Below, piece after piece: positions 63,538 through 64,000 of a DNA stretch of 64,000 nucleotides (positions are counted from its first letter, which is position 1; every line of letters starts with the position of its first letter). Source of the stretch: Haliotis cracherodii (taxonomy: Eukaryota). The stretch spans positions 7,378,001 to 7,442,000 of the forward strand of contig NW_027266279.1 of assembly GCF_022045235.1 (NCBI RefSeq). Direction: 5' to 3'. The position numbers and the translations under genes are program-made. Below the pieces are notes generated by a model that saw only the letters and a program-made list of their open reading frames with translations, ran no database searches and was not told the origin of the DNA.

Positions 63538-64000
63538 AAAAATCAATATTTTGTGATGCAATGATTATTTTCATAATAGTGAAAACGGCAACGATGATGA
63601 TAGCAACAAGAACCATCTTTTAACGTCTTTTGGTATGATGAAAACAATGCAAATGATTGCAAACATAATGAATACAATGATGCTGATGCTGGTCTTGTTG
63701 CAAGTGTTCGGTGGACCCCAATCTCGGATCCTATACTCTCATGTGATATCTCTCCATGTCAGAATCTGAGGCCTGTTCCATAGACGGTTATGTCCGGTGA
63801 ACCCATTCGGAAGAAGGCTGTGAGGGTTCTTGAGCCAATCAACTTTCTAAAATGATTTAATTTTTCCACCTTGATTTATGAAATTTTGATTTGTACAAAT
63901 GATGAACATAGAACACAGAACACAGAACACAAACACTCCTTCGAAATTACCCCTTTTCATTGCTGATGAGCATGGTGCTCAGGGTGTTAAAAATATCCAC

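Overview
Eukaryotic, AT-rich, essentially non-coding window with one 150-N assembly gap (38493-38642). The repeat content suggests a mollusc, possibly an abalone-type gastropod (inference only). No ORF in the track is a credible complete gene; the long ORFs (792, 270-295 and 164 aa) are read-throughs of tandem repeats. About 46 copies of four SINE-type families were found, labelled A-D here. A has a tRNA(Asp-like) head and (ACTC)n tail. B has no tRNA head but a structured 5' end and (CAAA)n tail. C has a tRNA(Leu/Ser-like) head and a modified V-domain. D has a tRNA head and a Meta-like domain. There are also non-autonomous DNA transposons (Tc2-like, Tc1-like, pogo-like, Harbinger-like, Mutator-like, and a TAG..CTA family with 9-bp TSDs), two Penelope-like relics (one with a minimal hammerhead motif) and about ten minisatellites, two of which grew out of SINE heads. 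39 of the 46 SINE copies lie on the minus strand, which points to a large minus-strand intron; one plausible 90-nt minus-strand exon was found. The best candidate for an undescribed system is the SINE-B 5' end: a covarying, probably pseudoknotted RNA structure with a precise start and no Pol III boxes, tandemly amplified several times independently. It may be a self-cleaving or promoter RNA module. All family assignments come from remembered consensus motifs, not database searches.
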